Assembly: GCA_964404925.1 (NCBI GenBank)
Contig: CAYOLW010000001.1
Location: 2,106 to 66,105 of the forward strand
Origin: an uncultured Candidatus Saccharibacteria bacterium
GTDB lineage: Bacteria > Patescibacteriota > Minisyncoccia > Phycocordibacterales > UBA9973
DNA length: 64,000 nt
Direction: 5' to 3'
Both the position numbers and the translations under genes were made by a program. Below are positions 7,857 to 18,524 of this stretch, piece by piece; positions within the stretch are counted from its first letter, which is position 1, and every line of letters begins with the position of its first letter. A model generated the notes under the pieces. It searched no databases and was not told where the DNA came from. It was given only the letters and a program-made list of their open reading frames with translations.

Positions 7857-10691
7857 ATGGATAGACAAATGCAAAGCAGTATATTCAAAAACATAGTATC
7901 GGCAATGCTGGTTGCACTTTTTGCTTTTGCGCCAATCCTACAAGTAAAAGAAGCCTTAGCACAATCACAGGGTTCATATAGTTATAGTTCAGGGGGTAAT
8001 GCTAGTGGAGGACTCAAGGGTTATGTAAAAGGTCTAGCTCCCGCAATTGCCCAACTTCCATTATGCCAGAAAGCATTAACAGGTCCAGTTAAAAACATGT
8101 TTAAAGGTATTATAAATAAACTTGGAAAAAAAACTGTAGAAAAAATTTTTAGAAGAAAACTGGAAGAAAAATTGGCTGCTCAACAACAGATAAAAGTTGT
8201 AAACCAGGTGGACAATAAAAAACAAGATAAATTATTGTCAAATGCAAAATCACACAATGAAACCGATAGAGAAGCAAACGACAACGACACTTGTTATAAA
8301 TCAATCGGTCGTATGGTGGTTAAAATGATTTTACAGAAAATAACCTTAAGTACTGTAGAATGGATAAAGAATGGTTTTAATGGTGGACCAGCTTTTGTTC
8401 AAAACCCTGGCAGATTCTTTAAAAATATTGCAAAAGAAGAAGTATTGAAATTCGGCATAGAGTTAAATGCTGGAGCTAATTGTCAGGCAGTTTTCTCTGG
8501 AGATATTACTGGTACGAGTGGTGAAAACGATATAAGTAAATGTATATCACCTTTTGCCAAAGCCTATATGATTGGTTTAGCTGAAACATATAATAAAAAG
8601 TTTTCTGATAATGCTAGGTATTCTTTAAACGAACTTATTGCTAATACTACACCTGAGTACACGGCAGCTAGTTTCTCGGCCGATTTTTCGGCTGGTGGAT
8701 GGAACGCCTGGACAGCCATGACAGAAACACCGGCGAATAACCCTGTTGGTTTTACTGTTATATCTGACATAGAAATAGGCAGGAGAACAGATGGTACAAG
8801 TAAATCAACTGCTGAACAAAAGAAAGAAGCCCTAGAACAGTCTCGTGGTTTCCTTGGAGATTATCGTTGTGCTGATCCAGAAGGTCTAACCCAAGAACAA
8901 GACCGAGAGGAACAAGCCAAACCTGAACCAGACCCGGCTAGATTATGTAAACGTTGGGAATATGTTACCCCCGGAGAAACTGTTGCAGAAGCGGCCACAA
9001 AACTTGTTAACTACCAAGATAACAATCTATTAAAAGCCGAAGATTTAAATGACGCAGTAGCTGCTATTGTAGACGCTTTGATAAGTAGATTAATGGGTGA
9101 TGTTATTAATTATGGCCTAGCAGAGTTTTCAGATGAGGGTGCTGATGGTGATTTGATTATCAACAGTTATGCTATAAATGGTAATTATGAGATTGGCCAG
9201 GCTGAAAAAGACTTTCCTCAACACCTGCAAAGCGAGGGGTGGTTAACGGAGCATCCTAATTTTAATATTCGTACAGACTTAACTCAAGCAATAATAGATG
9301 AGCAAAGAACCTATGTAGAAAAACTAGAAAAACAAAACGAATCTCTTGAGAGGTCTATACTCGGAGCTAAACAAGCTGATTATTGTTTACCAGGACCTTC
9401 ATATGATGTTTATACCTCTATTTCTGATACAGATTTGTTTACTAGTTTTAATGATTTTAGTAGTGGTTTTTTAAAAGGTCGTCAAGAATTAACGGAATTT
9501 GCTCTACAATTTAATCAGTGGACAGCTTTCCAAGTAGCTAATGCTAATGGCTTATTTGTTAATAAAGAAAGAATTGCTAAAAAATTAATAGCAACCTATT
9601 TAGGGGTTAACTTTGGAGTACATGTATATGGTGCATATGGTTATTCAAACGAGGAAGATACAAACAGTAGAAACCAAGACCAGGTTTTAAACAAAGAAGA
9701 TATTCTTGGTTTGCAAAGAAATATATTTACTAGCTACCAAGTTTTAATGCACAATATTTATTTCAATGGTGCAAAATCTATAGCGCCAATGCCTTTAGTA
9801 ACTAAAGAAATAAGAAGTGAGTTAAGTAATGTAGGAGCATATCAGGATATAATTAATGAAAATGATGAAATAATTGCTTTAAAAAGATCTGTAATTCAAC
9901 GTTTAGCAGTAATAAAAAACCTCATAGAGGATTTAGGTCCGGTACCTGAACCAAATGACTCTAATTTTATAGAATACGAAGAAGCAATTAAACCCATAAT
10001 CCAAGATTTTGGTCGATTAACAAATGATATGGTAACAGGTGACGATGTAGCTCAAATAGATACAACGCTCAAAGAAACAGAGGACAAAGAAAAATATATT
10101 TTTGAAGATTTGTTAGAGGCATGTGAGCGTGAAATGCTTGATGTTTATGAAAATGACAAAGAGACATATAGCAGGTTTTGGCGAAGACAACCATATAAAG
10201 AACCAATTTTATATTTATATGGCGACAATGTAGGTGTAGATTACATAAGTGTTACAAACCTGAATGTACCAAAAATACCTCAGCAGCCAGACCACAATTC
10301 ATATGATCCCCATTATCATACACAGTGGAGTGAACAAGCTATCAAAAACTGGAATAGAAACGATATGTTTGCTTATGGTAGTTTTTATTGGAACTACTGG
10401 GTACGACCACACGAGGGAGGAGATGCATTTAATCCTAACGATCCAAAAACCCCTAATCCTCCAGATTTAGTAAAAATAAAAAGTAATTTACAAACAACCT
10501 GCCCTGAGTTTATAGATGTTGTATACTTCTCTTACCCTGGAACCAATGAAGGTCCTACAGGAGAAGAAAAAGGTCAGTTACCAAAAGATATTGAAGGTCT
10601 TGAAGCTGATGGACGAGGATACTCAATAAATTATGGAGATAATATTTGTGGTGTTTTGCATACCATTGAAGACCGAGCTAATATATACTAA
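7857..10691 (+). CDS. large exported T4SS-locus protein
   Basis: 944 aa with signal-like N-terminus (start may be 7869); block LQKITLSTVEWIKNGFNGGPAFVQNP; paired cysteines; sits in the VirB4/VirB6 cluster. Confidence 0.7.
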   Translation: MDRQMQSSIFKNIVSAMLVALFAFAPILQVKEALAQSQGSYSYSSGGNASGGLKGYVKGLAPAIAQLPLCQKALTGPVKNMFKGIINKLGKKTVEKIFRRKLEEKLAAQQQIKVVNQVDNKKQDKLLSNAKSHNETDREANDNDTCYKSIGRMVVKMILQKITLSTVEWIKNGFNGGPAFVQNPGRFFKNIAKEEVLKFGIELNAGANCQAVFSGDITGTSGENDISKCISPFAKAYMIGLAETYNKKFSDNARYSLNELIANTTPEYTAASFSADFSAGGWNAWTAMTETPANNPVGFTVISDIEIGRRTDGTSKSTAEQKKEALEQSRGFLGDYRCADPEGLTQEQDREEQAKPEPDPARLCKRWEYVTPGETVAEAATKLVNYQDNNLLKAEDLNDAVAAIVDALISRLMGDVINYGLAEFSDEGADGDLIINSYAINGNYEIGQAEKDFPQHLQSEGWLTEHPNFNIRTDLTQAIIDEQRTYVEKLEKQNESLERSILGAKQADYCLPGPSYDVYTSISDTDLFTSFNDFSSGFLKGRQELTEFALQFNQWTAFQVANANGLFVNKERIAKKLIATYLGVNFGVHVYGAYGYSNEEDTNSRNQDQVLNKEDILGLQRNIFTSYQVLMHNIYFNGAKSIAPMPLVTKEIRSELSNVGAYQDIINENDEIIALKRSVIQRLAVIKNLIEDLGPVPEPNDSNFIEYEEAIKPIIQDFGRLTNDMVTGDDVAQIDTTLKETEDKEKYIFEDLLEACEREMLDVYENDKETYSRFWRRQPYKEPILYLYGDNVGVDYISVTNLNVPKIPQQPDHNSYDPHYHTQWSEQAIKNWNRNDMFAYGSFYWNYWVRPHEGGDAFNPNDPKTPNPPDLVKIKSNLQTTCPEFIDVVYFSYPGTNEGPTGEEKGQLPKDIEGLEADGRGYSINYGDNICGVLHTIEDRANIY

Positions 10692-10696
10692 CTTAA

Positions 10697-13600
10697 ATGT
10701 TTAAACTAAAAACAAAAATTTTATTATCTATCGCGCTATTGTTAACAACAATACCTATAACCACCTTAGCAGCTTTATATGTTGAGGTTATACCAGTAAC
10801 ACAAAAAAATTTAACGAGTGCAACATTGGTTGGGGTACTAATGGATGATGCTTTTCCAACAGGTGTAAGTACTGAGTATGTAAAATTTAGATATACCACA
10901 ACATCCAGTACTTCATGTGCAAACATGACAACCGAAACAGCAGTACAAACAATAAATTTAGATTTCCAATTACATGAATTTTATAATTTTCAACAACAAT
11001 TAAATTCACTTACTCCACACACTAAATATTACTTTTGTGCTGTAGCTTCTAGTGAAGCAGATTTTTCTGCAAACGTTCTTTATAGTGGAATAAGAGATTT
11101 CACAACAGAACTGCCTCCAGACTTGGCAGATAATGTTGTGACAGGTACCGCAAGTAATATAACACAAAACGGTGCAACAATATATGGAGAAATTTACAAT
11201 GATCACAGCACTCCTATATTTGGAAAATTTAAATATTCAGAAAATTATTCTGTTAGTTGCGCATCATTACCTAATGCTATAAACACACCAGTTCAACCTC
11301 CTGGTGGTGTTGGTGCATCATTGTCTCTTAATTTTTCACACACGTTAACTAACCTAAAAAGCAGCACCACATACTCTTATTGTGCTGTCGGTGATACTAA
11401 CTCTGATTTTCCAAATGCAATTTATGGAGAGGTTAAAGTATTTACTACGCCACCTTCTGCTTCTGGTAATCCAGAAGATATTGGACCAGTTGATACGCAA
11501 GAATCTACGGAAATGGATGACAATGAAGTTACTTTGCAAGGTAATTATTCAGGGGGGGCACCTGGTTTTGCATATTTTAGATTAACAAGTGCTACTGTGC
11601 CTCCTCTTTTTTGTAATGATATTTATGGTTCAGATATGATTGGTATAACCTCTAATGAACCAGACCCTATTGGGTATACAACTGGCGGAGATTTTTCTGT
11701 ACATGTTAACGGACTTGAACCAGAAACAACATATTTTTATTGTGCTATTGTTTCTAACAATGCGCTAACAACAAAATTAAATAAATTAACCTATAGGCCT
11801 CAAATAAAATATGGATCAGTTAAATCATTTAGAACTTTACCTTGTTTAACTTGTAATATTACACAAGTAACAACACTTGGTTCAAATGTAATTGATTCAC
11901 AAAGCGTCAATTTAAAAGGTTCTTACAGAACAAGCAGGCCTGTAAAAATATATTTTGAGTATAGTAAAGATTTTGATGTAAGTACCCCGCCCACAAGTGG
12001 TAATGTTTGGATTCCAACAAACCCACCAAAACTTGGAGGTTTTAATTCTTATGGTAACTATAATTTTTTACTTACTGGACTTGATAGCAATACTAAATAC
12101 AGTTTCAGAATAGTTGGAGAATTAGCTATTGGTGGTGAAATAATCTACGGATCTACTCTAGACTTTACAACAGATGCTTATGATGGTGTTGACCCTATAA
12201 TAACAGAAGACCCTGTAGATGATGTTCCAGTTGAACCAGGTGGAGAAGGTGGAGGTGATGATAATTGTCCAGCTGGAACAATAGGTATATTTCCTGATTG
12301 TACTGTTGGTGAAATAGGCTGTCCAGCAGGATATGAAGGAGTGCCACCAGATTGTGTTAATCTGGGAGGAGGAAGCGGGGATGATGACGCACCGGTTGTA
12401 GAAGTAACAGCTGATCCAATATTTGTTGATCCCGGACAGTCTTCTACTATAACTTGGACTTCTACTAATGCGACGTCTTGTGTTTTAAACGGATACGACA
12501 TACCAACATCAGGATCTGCTGATACTGGTGCTCTCAATACGAGTAAATCGTATTCAGTAATTTGTACAGGACCGGGTGGAGTTGGTTCTGATAATGCTCA
12601 AGTCTACGTAAACATAACAGGCGGAGGTGGGGGTGGTGACATTATCTGGGTTAAAGCTTTGGCTGCACCAGTTTTTGTCACAACAAACAGTTCCTCTGTT
12701 GTATCATGGCAATCAAGCGGTGCAGAATTTTGTGAATCTGGTGGACATGGAAATGGTACTAGCGGTTCTTTTAACACTGGACCACTTACTAGTTCAATGT
12801 CCTACACAATTTCTTGTAGTGGACAATCTGGCAGTGCAGCAAGCACTGCATACATAGAAACACATGATCCTGTTACTCCACCATCTTGTTTCGCAGTACC
12901 ACAAACCCAGTCACTACAATGTCCTGCTGGACAGGTAGGTCTGATCTTACAATCTCGCAGTTCAACTTGTCCTGATCCAAACGGTTCTCCTGTTTGGTCA
13001 AATTGGGAGACAGTGACCAACTCTTGTCAGAGTTCAAGTGGTGGTCCAACTCCACCATCTTGTTTCGCAGTACCACAAACCCAGTCACTACAATGTCCTG
13101 CTGGACAGGTAGGTCTGATCTTACAATCTCGCAGTTCAACTTGTCCTGATCCAAACGGTTCTCCTGTTTGGTCAAATTGGGAGACAGTGACCAACTCTTG
13201 TCAGAGTTCAAGTGGTGGTCCAACTCCACCATCTTGTTTCGCAGTACCACAAACCCAGTCACTACAATGTCCTGCTGGACAGGTAGGTCTGATCTTACAA
13301 TCTCGCAGTTCAACTTGTCCTGATCCAAACGGTTCTCCTGTTTGGTCAAATTGGGAGACAGTGACCAACTCTTGTCAGAGTTCAAGTGGTGGTCCTGGAG
13401 GACCAGGTAGTGGAGTGTTTCCACCGGGACCAGGTAATCCATGGAGCCCTACTGGACCCGGAGGCCCTGGCGGCCCCAATGGTAATGGCGGTACAAACCC
13501 AACCCTACCACAAGGACCAGATAACGATGGTGATGGACTTGGTAATCCAAACGATGATGATACAGACGGGGACTGGGATCCAAATGGAACAGATACAGAC

Positions 13601-14239
13601 GATGATGGTGATGGGATTCCTGATTTAGTTGATGCGACTCCAAACGGACCTGGAAATTCTGATGATTTAGACGGTAATGGAGTAGGTAATGACAAAGACA
13701 ATGATATTGATGGTGATGGTGTACCCAACTATCTAGACAACGATACTGATGCAGATGGTATTCCAAATGCTACAGATTCAGACGATGATGGTGATGGGAT
13801 TCCTGATTGGCTTGACCCTTTACCAAAAGGTCCACACGGAGATAAGGTTGGAGTTATTTTGGGGGTAGGGGATGAGGCCATACCACCTTCGGACGCAATC
13901 GTTCATTATAACGAAGGTGTAGAGACTGTTTTTGCTAGACAAATCAGAAATCGCAACAAACTTTCAGAGAAGTTAGGATATTCAGGCAGAGGCAACCTAG
14001 AATCATTTGCTCAAAATATGGCTCATACACTCTCTCGATATTACTTTGGTTATGTTGACGAAAGCGGCAAAGAAGTGCGTGTGTCAGTACCTGATGTTTC
14101 AGCATATGAGTTGAGGATTGTTGGCAACAAATTAGCTGTTTATGAATATTATCGAAACAAAATAATAGATATACGAGTGCAAAGCATCCAATTCAAGAGT
14201 AAGAATCCGTACGAATATTATTTCCAGAAAAGGTTTTAG
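10697..14239 (+). CDS. secreted adhesin-like protein (FN3-like domains, Cys-rich repeats, thrombospondin type-3-like repeats)
   Basis: Signal peptide; four FN3-like units (LTPHTKYYFCAVA, LKSSTTYSYCAVG, LEPETTYFYCAIV, LDSNTKYSFRIVG); 3x58-aa repeat; multiple DxDxDGIPD motifs. Confidence 0.8.
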   Translation: MFKLKTKILLSIALLLTTIPITTLAALYVEVIPVTQKNLTSATLVGVLMDDAFPTGVSTEYVKFRYTTTSSTSCANMTTETAVQTINLDFQLHEFYNFQQQLNSLTPHTKYYFCAVASSEADFSANVLYSGIRDFTTELPPDLADNVVTGTASNITQNGATIYGEIYNDHSTPIFGKFKYSENYSVSCASLPNAINTPVQPPGGVGASLSLNFSHTLTNLKSSTTYSYCAVGDTNSDFPNAIYGEVKVFTTPPSASGNPEDIGPVDTQESTEMDDNEVTLQGNYSGGAPGFAYFRLTSATVPPLFCNDIYGSDMIGITSNEPDPIGYTTGGDFSVHVNGLEPETTYFYCAIVSNNALTTKLNKLTYRPQIKYGSVKSFRTLPCLTCNITQVTTLGSNVIDSQSVNLKGSYRTSRPVKIYFEYSKDFDVSTPPTSGNVWIPTNPPKLGGFNSYGNYNFLLTGLDSNTKYSFRIVGELAIGGEIIYGSTLDFTTDAYDGVDPIITEDPVDDVPVEPGGEGGGDDNCPAGTIGIFPDCTVGEIGCPAGYEGVPPDCVNLGGGSGDDDAPVVEVTADPIFVDPGQSSTITWTSTNATSCVLNGYDIPTSGSADTGALNTSKSYSVICTGPGGVGSDNAQVYVNITGGGGGGDIIWVKALAAPVFVTTNSSSVVSWQSSGAEFCESGGHGNGTSGSFNTGPLTSSMSYTISCSGQSGSAASTAYIETHDPVTPPSCFAVPQTQSLQCPAGQVGLILQSRSSTCPDPNGSPVWSNWETVTNSCQSSSGGPTPPSCFAVPQTQSLQCPAGQVGLILQSRSSTCPDPNGSPVWSNWETVTNSCQSSSGGPTPPSCFAVPQTQSLQCPAGQVGLILQSRSSTCPDPNGSPVWSNWETVTNSCQSSSGGPGGPGSGVFPPGPGNPWSPTGPGGPGGPNGNGGTNPTLPQGPDNDGDGLGNPNDDDTDGDWDPNGTDTDDDGDGIPDLVDATPNGPGNSDDLDGNGVGNDKDNDIDGDGVPNYLDNDTDADGIPNATDSDDDGDGIPDWLDPLPKGPHGDKVGVILGVGDEAIPPSDAIVHYNEGVETVFARQIRNRNKLSEKLGYSGRGNLESFAQNMAHTLSRYYFGYVDESGKEVRVSVPDVSAYELRIVGNKLAVYEYYRNKIIDIRVQSIQFKSKNPYEYYFQKRF
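12875..13395 (+). repeat. three identical 174-bp tandem repeats (58 aa each)
   Basis: Unit starts ACTCCACCATCTTG at 12875, 13049 and 13223; copies look nucleotide-identical. Confidence 0.95.
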
Positions 14240-14313
14240 TAGATTTGAGTGAATTGTTAGTCTTATAAAATAGTTTTTGTGTAGCTAATTTGATAGAATA
14301 TTATTAGTTACGA

Positions 14314-17049
14314 ATGAATTTTTCAAAGAAAAAAATTGGTAGAAAAATAGTGTTGTGGACACTGGTCTTGTACTTTGTATTTTTTCCTATTGCTAACACC
14401 TACGCTCAAAACTCAGGAACAACTGGTACCGTCAACAACAACACATATGCAACCAGTGGCGAAACATTGCTTCTTAATAAAGATTTAAGCACTGTAACCA
14501 ATACAACAGCATCGCTTAGTTTTACCGCTAGTACTACTCGCGAAGACCAATACGAACCTCTTTTAGTCAGAATTTATAAAGATAGCAATTTAAACGATGG
14601 AGATAATTCCGGGGTTTGGGATTATTCTACTAATACTGTACCAGCCGGCGTAGAAGAAGCAGTTTTGTGGCAAACAGCTGTTTTAGCCAGTAATACACCG
14701 GGACAAATAAAAGAAGTTACTTTTAGTTCCCTGGAACCAAACACTAATTACTTTGTTGTTGCTTATTTGTATAATGTTAATAAAATTGGTCTGCCATTTT
14801 TCTCTGGAGATTGGGATACTTTAATTACGGTAAATCTAACACTGACAACAGCCAAGGCTGTGGATACACTAGGTACTGTTAATAGTGTGGGTGGATCTAA
14901 TTATCACAATGACCCAGGTCCGGATTTAGGATGTTCTCCTTTATTTTTTGCTACACTAAAAAATTGTTTAGGTGCATTGTTTTACTACGTACTCTATGAA
15001 CCAGCAGCAGCCTTGGCACGACTTGCAGCGCACTTCTTGGACTTCTTTGTTTACTATGCAACTAATAGTGATTCATATAGATCAGAATTCGTACTAAAAG
15101 CTTGGGGGGTTGTAAGAGACGTTTCTAATATGTTTTTCATTGTGGCGCTTATGGTTTTAGCAATACGGATGATACTCGATATAGACAAGGCTCACGTTAA
15201 AAAAACATTGTCTGTCATAATACTAGTAGCACTAGTTATTAACTTTAGTTTATTTATTACTCGAGTGGTTATTGATGCTTCAAACATTCTAGCTAAAGTT
15301 TTCTACAACAACATTTCTTCTGTGGATGCATATGGTAACCCAACAGTTGGTGAAAGTGGAGAAAAATCTATAACCATAGGACTAACTAAGGTCATAGACC
15401 CAGTTAAAATAGTCAATAAACCACAAGACAACCTGAAGAACTTTATTTTTGTGGTATTTCTTTGTTTCTTCCTTATGCTTGGAATGGCATGGATATTCTT
15501 TACCAGCGCTTTGTTTTTCGTAGGGCGGGTAATATCACTATGGTTCTCAATGATTTTTGCGCCACTGGCCTTTATATCATACGCAGTGCCATTTAAAATA
15601 CCTGAATATGGACACACCGAATGGTGGAGTGGTTTATTCAAGGCTGCCTTTATGGCGCCATTGTTTGTATTTTTCTTGTATATAACAGCTTTGTTTGGTG
15701 GTACACTCGGCGCAATACCAGGAGACATTGCAAATGCAGACGATTGGTTTATGTCAGTAGTAGGGGAACTTGTACCATTCATACTTATATTCGGATTATT
15801 AAAAGCAGCTCAAAAAATAGCTAAAGAATATTCAGGTAAATTTGGCGATATGGTAAGTAAAACTGGTGCTGTATTGGGTACATTGGCCCTCGGCGGTGCA
15901 GGACTCGCAACCGCTGCTTTAGGTAGAAAATTCATAGGTTCACAAATTGCTAAAGGTTCACAAAGTCAGAAAGCAATGGATTGGGCGGGGCATAGAATGA
16001 AGTTTGATGAACAACTTAATCAATGGAAGGCCTCAAGCAAAAAAACTCGTGGAGCTAAACCAACCTGGGACCAATATTCTAAGAGTAATGGTGTTGATAG
16101 AAATAATATGGGCTTACGCGAAAGACTGGGAGCTCGTGCTAATTATTCTAAACTAAAAGTTAAGAGTGTTGAGCATGCTCGCCACGAACTTGAAGAAACA
16201 AAGAAGAAGCTTGGTTATGAAGGGGTTAATAACAATCAACTAGGTGGACAAGCTCAAAAAGATATTAAAGATCAATTCTTAAAAGACCATAAGTCAGAGT
16301 TTGAGAACTCAGTTAGGAACGGTAACGAGGTTCTGGTTGTTAATGTAAACGGAATAGACACTATTGTAAAAGGCCAAAATGAATACGAGGCAACCATGCG
16401 AAAAGTACTAAGTAAAGAAGTTTTGGGTGATGGCGATAAGACAAAAGAAGCTGAAGCAATTAAAGACGGTGATGCCATGTATAAACGTGTTGATAAAATA
16501 GACCCTGCAACAGGCCAAGTAATGAAAGACTCTCGTGGAAGGAAACTCACCGAAGATAAACTAGTATTAACTGATCAGGGTAGGAAGAAGGTAGAAAATA
16601 GACTGCATACAAGCTACAACAAAGAGGTTGGTGAGAAGGTCAAGAAAATGTCTGAAGTTAAGTATGAACATCTAGAAACAGAAGCAAAAATGAAATTAGG
16701 GGTTAAAGACAGACTGTCTGCTAGATCTGATGTTGGTACATATGACACCAGGAATCTGTCTCAGATAATTACCAAAATGTCTGCCAAAGATAAAATGTGG
16801 ATGGGAGGTATCCTTGGGTTAATGGTTGGAGGCATACGTGGCGGATTTAAGTCATTAAAACTAGACATGGGCAAAGGCCAAGGCGATTGGAAAAAGGACC
16901 TCGGTAGTACTATTACAGAAGCCTTGAAGAAGGCACCATCTGATTTTAAAGTTAATGTCAATCTAAGTGGTGGAGGAGGTGGAGGGGGAGGACATGGTGG
17001 CGGCGGCGATCATGGCGGTGGACACGGGGGAGGACATGGAGGACACTAA
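14314..17049 (+). CDS. VirB6/TrbL-like polytopic T4SS membrane protein with N-terminal FN3-like domain and long cytoplasmic tail
   Basis: AWGVVRDVSNMFFIVAL, LVALVINFSLFITRVVIDASN, GRVISLWFSMIFAPLAFI; about 7-8 TM segments; LEPNTNYFVVAY; Gly/His tail. Confidence 0.8.
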   Translation: MNFSKKKIGRKIVLWTLVLYFVFFPIANTYAQNSGTTGTVNNNTYATSGETLLLNKDLSTVTNTTASLSFTASTTREDQYEPLLVRIYKDSNLNDGDNSGVWDYSTNTVPAGVEEAVLWQTAVLASNTPGQIKEVTFSSLEPNTNYFVVAYLYNVNKIGLPFFSGDWDTLITVNLTLTTAKAVDTLGTVNSVGGSNYHNDPGPDLGCSPLFFATLKNCLGALFYYVLYEPAAALARLAAHFLDFFVYYATNSDSYRSEFVLKAWGVVRDVSNMFFIVALMVLAIRMILDIDKAHVKKTLSVIILVALVINFSLFITRVVIDASNILAKVFYNNISSVDAYGNPTVGESGEKSITIGLTKVIDPVKIVNKPQDNLKNFIFVVFLCFFLMLGMAWIFFTSALFFVGRVISLWFSMIFAPLAFISYAVPFKIPEYGHTEWWSGLFKAAFMAPLFVFFLYITALFGGTLGAIPGDIANADDWFMSVVGELVPFILIFGLLKAAQKIAKEYSGKFGDMVSKTGAVLGTLALGGAGLATAALGRKFIGSQIAKGSQSQKAMDWAGHRMKFDEQLNQWKASSKKTRGAKPTWDQYSKSNGVDRNNMGLRERLGARANYSKLKVKSVEHARHELEETKKKLGYEGVNNNQLGGQAQKDIKDQFLKDHKSEFENSVRNGNEVLVVNVNGIDTIVKGQNEYEATMRKVLSKEVLGDGDKTKEAEAIKDGDAMYKRVDKIDPATGQVMKDSRGRKLTEDKLVLTDQGRKKVENRLHTSYNKEVGEKVKKMSEVKYEHLETEAKMKLGVKDRLSARSDVGTYDTRNLSQIITKMSAKDKMWMGGILGLMVGGIRGGFKSLKLDMGKGQGDWKKDLGSTITEALKKAPSDFKVNVNLSGGGGGGGGHGGGGDHGGGHGGGHGGH

Positions 17050-17055
17050 AAATAT

Positions 17056-18036
17056 ATGGATAAAGAAGATTTACAAAAAGTAATAGCAGAATATCACACA
17101 AGGTTGTCACCAAGGCTACAACAAGTTTTCTCTTCGCTTGGCTGGCTAGAAACATTGAAATCAATTGGGGACAGGTACAAACTCGACGATTCTCAAATGA
17201 ACGACCTCTCAATAGAGACAACCATGCTTATGCTTGGGGCTACGCACTGGAGTGACTATGCCAAACATTTGTTTGATGTAATGAAACTACCTCAATCTAA
17301 ACTAGACGAAGTGTTGGGTGAAATAAAAACTTTCGTCTATGGACCAGTAGAAGAAGAATTATCTGACGCTTACTATATTAATGCAATAATTCTAGAAGAG
17401 GTTGAAAAAAACATGGTTGAAGAAGAAAGCAAGTTAGTGCAGGCTGGTCTTGATGAAAGATTCAAGAAACTTGAACCAAGGATTCAGAAAATTGTACAAG
17501 ATTCTAATTATCAAGTTAAAATTTATTCAATTGGTAAAAGGAATAATTTAACCTTTGCCCAAATAACTGAACTAGAAGAAGTTATTACTGAAACAATATT
17601 AGGGAATATTCCCATAGACAAGTTCGAGGGGGAACTAAAAAACCGAGCGAACCTACCCACAGAAAGAATGGATTTTATTGTTAACGAAGTAAACGATAAA
17701 ATCCTTAGAGATATTAGAAGCTCAATCTTAAGTCTGGGTAGGCAGTCTGAAAACAAAGAAAATAGTCTAACTCTAAAACCAAACCATTCTATTTCTAATA
17801 GATTAAACATTAGTATTGAAGCAGAAAAGAAATTAGCCCCAATCGAACCAGAAAAAAAAGAAGAAGTATCCTCCACAAACTCAATCATAGCAGCTAAAAT
17901 GCAAGATTCTTTTAGTATGCCTAAAGTTACAACTGAATATACAATTGGTAAAATAAGCAAAGAATCTGACAAACCAACAACTAATACTGAAGTAAAAAAA
18001 TGGAGTGATCCATACCGCACAGATCCCAACGAATAG
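17056..18036 (+). CDS. hypothetical protein with internally duplicated helical domain
   Basis: LSPRLQQVF...SIGDRYKL...MLMLG mirrors LEPRIQKIV...SIGKRNNL...ETILG; C-terminal DPYR motif. Confidence 0.7.
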   Translation: MDKEDLQKVIAEYHTRLSPRLQQVFSSLGWLETLKSIGDRYKLDDSQMNDLSIETTMLMLGATHWSDYAKHLFDVMKLPQSKLDEVLGEIKTFVYGPVEEELSDAYYINAIILEEVEKNMVEEESKLVQAGLDERFKKLEPRIQKIVQDSNYQVKIYSIGKRNNLTFAQITELEEVITETILGNIPIDKFEGELKNRANLPTERMDFIVNEVNDKILRDIRSSILSLGRQSENKENSLTLKPNHSISNRLNISIEAEKKLAPIEPEKKEEVSSTNSIIAAKMQDSFSMPKVTTEYTIGKISKESDKPTTNTEVKKWSDPYRTDPNE

Positions 18037-18090
18037 TATCGTTTTAATTCAAATACTTGTATAATAGATAAAGTCCAAAGGACTTTATCT

Positions 18091-18519
18091 ATGCAATTTA
18101 AAGTTCCACAATTTTTAGATATTGAAGACAAGATATTCGGCCCATTTACTTTTAGCGAATTCGTTTATTTAGCAGGAGGGGCAGGTCTGTGTTATGTGCT
18201 TTTTAAATTGCTTGGTTTTTTTGTAGGTTTTGTACCGATACTTTTGGTTGGTGGATTTTCTTTGGCTTTAGTTTTCTATAGACCAAACGGTAAACCTTTT
18301 ATAAATATGGTTGAGAATAGTATTAGTTACTATACTCAAAACAGATTATATGTATGGAAAAGACAAGACAGAAGTGATAATAAAAACAAACAACCAATAA
18401 ACAATGCAGTGTTAACAGAAAATGAACACATAGTTAAATTAAACAAAAGTAAACTTAAGGATTTATCATGGAGTTTAGATGTACTTGATGTTAAAAACAA
18501 AAGTGAAGAAAATATTTAA
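18091..18519 (+). CDS. prgI: PrgI family (VirB3-like) T4SS protein
   Basis: MQFKVPQFLDIEDKIFGPFT followed by two TM helices and RPNGKPF; directly upstream of the VirB4 genes. Confidence 0.85.
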   Translation: MQFKVPQFLDIEDKIFGPFTFSEFVYLAGGAGLCYVLFKLLGFFVGFVPILLVGGFSLALVFYRPNGKPFINMVENSISYYTQNRLYVWKRQDRSDNKNKQPINNAVLTENEHIVKLNKSKLKDLSWSLDVLDVKNKSEENI

Positions 18520-18524
18520 TTAAA

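Noticed and set aside
12875-13395. Tandem repeat as a CRISPR array
   Set aside because: Units are contiguous, 174 bp, in frame and have no unique spacers; no cas genes in the window.
13598-13808. 28-bp direct repeat GACGATGATGGTGATGGGATTCCTGATT as a mobile-element scar
   Set aside because: Explained by duplicated DDDGDGIPD calcium-binding repeats in the adhesin.
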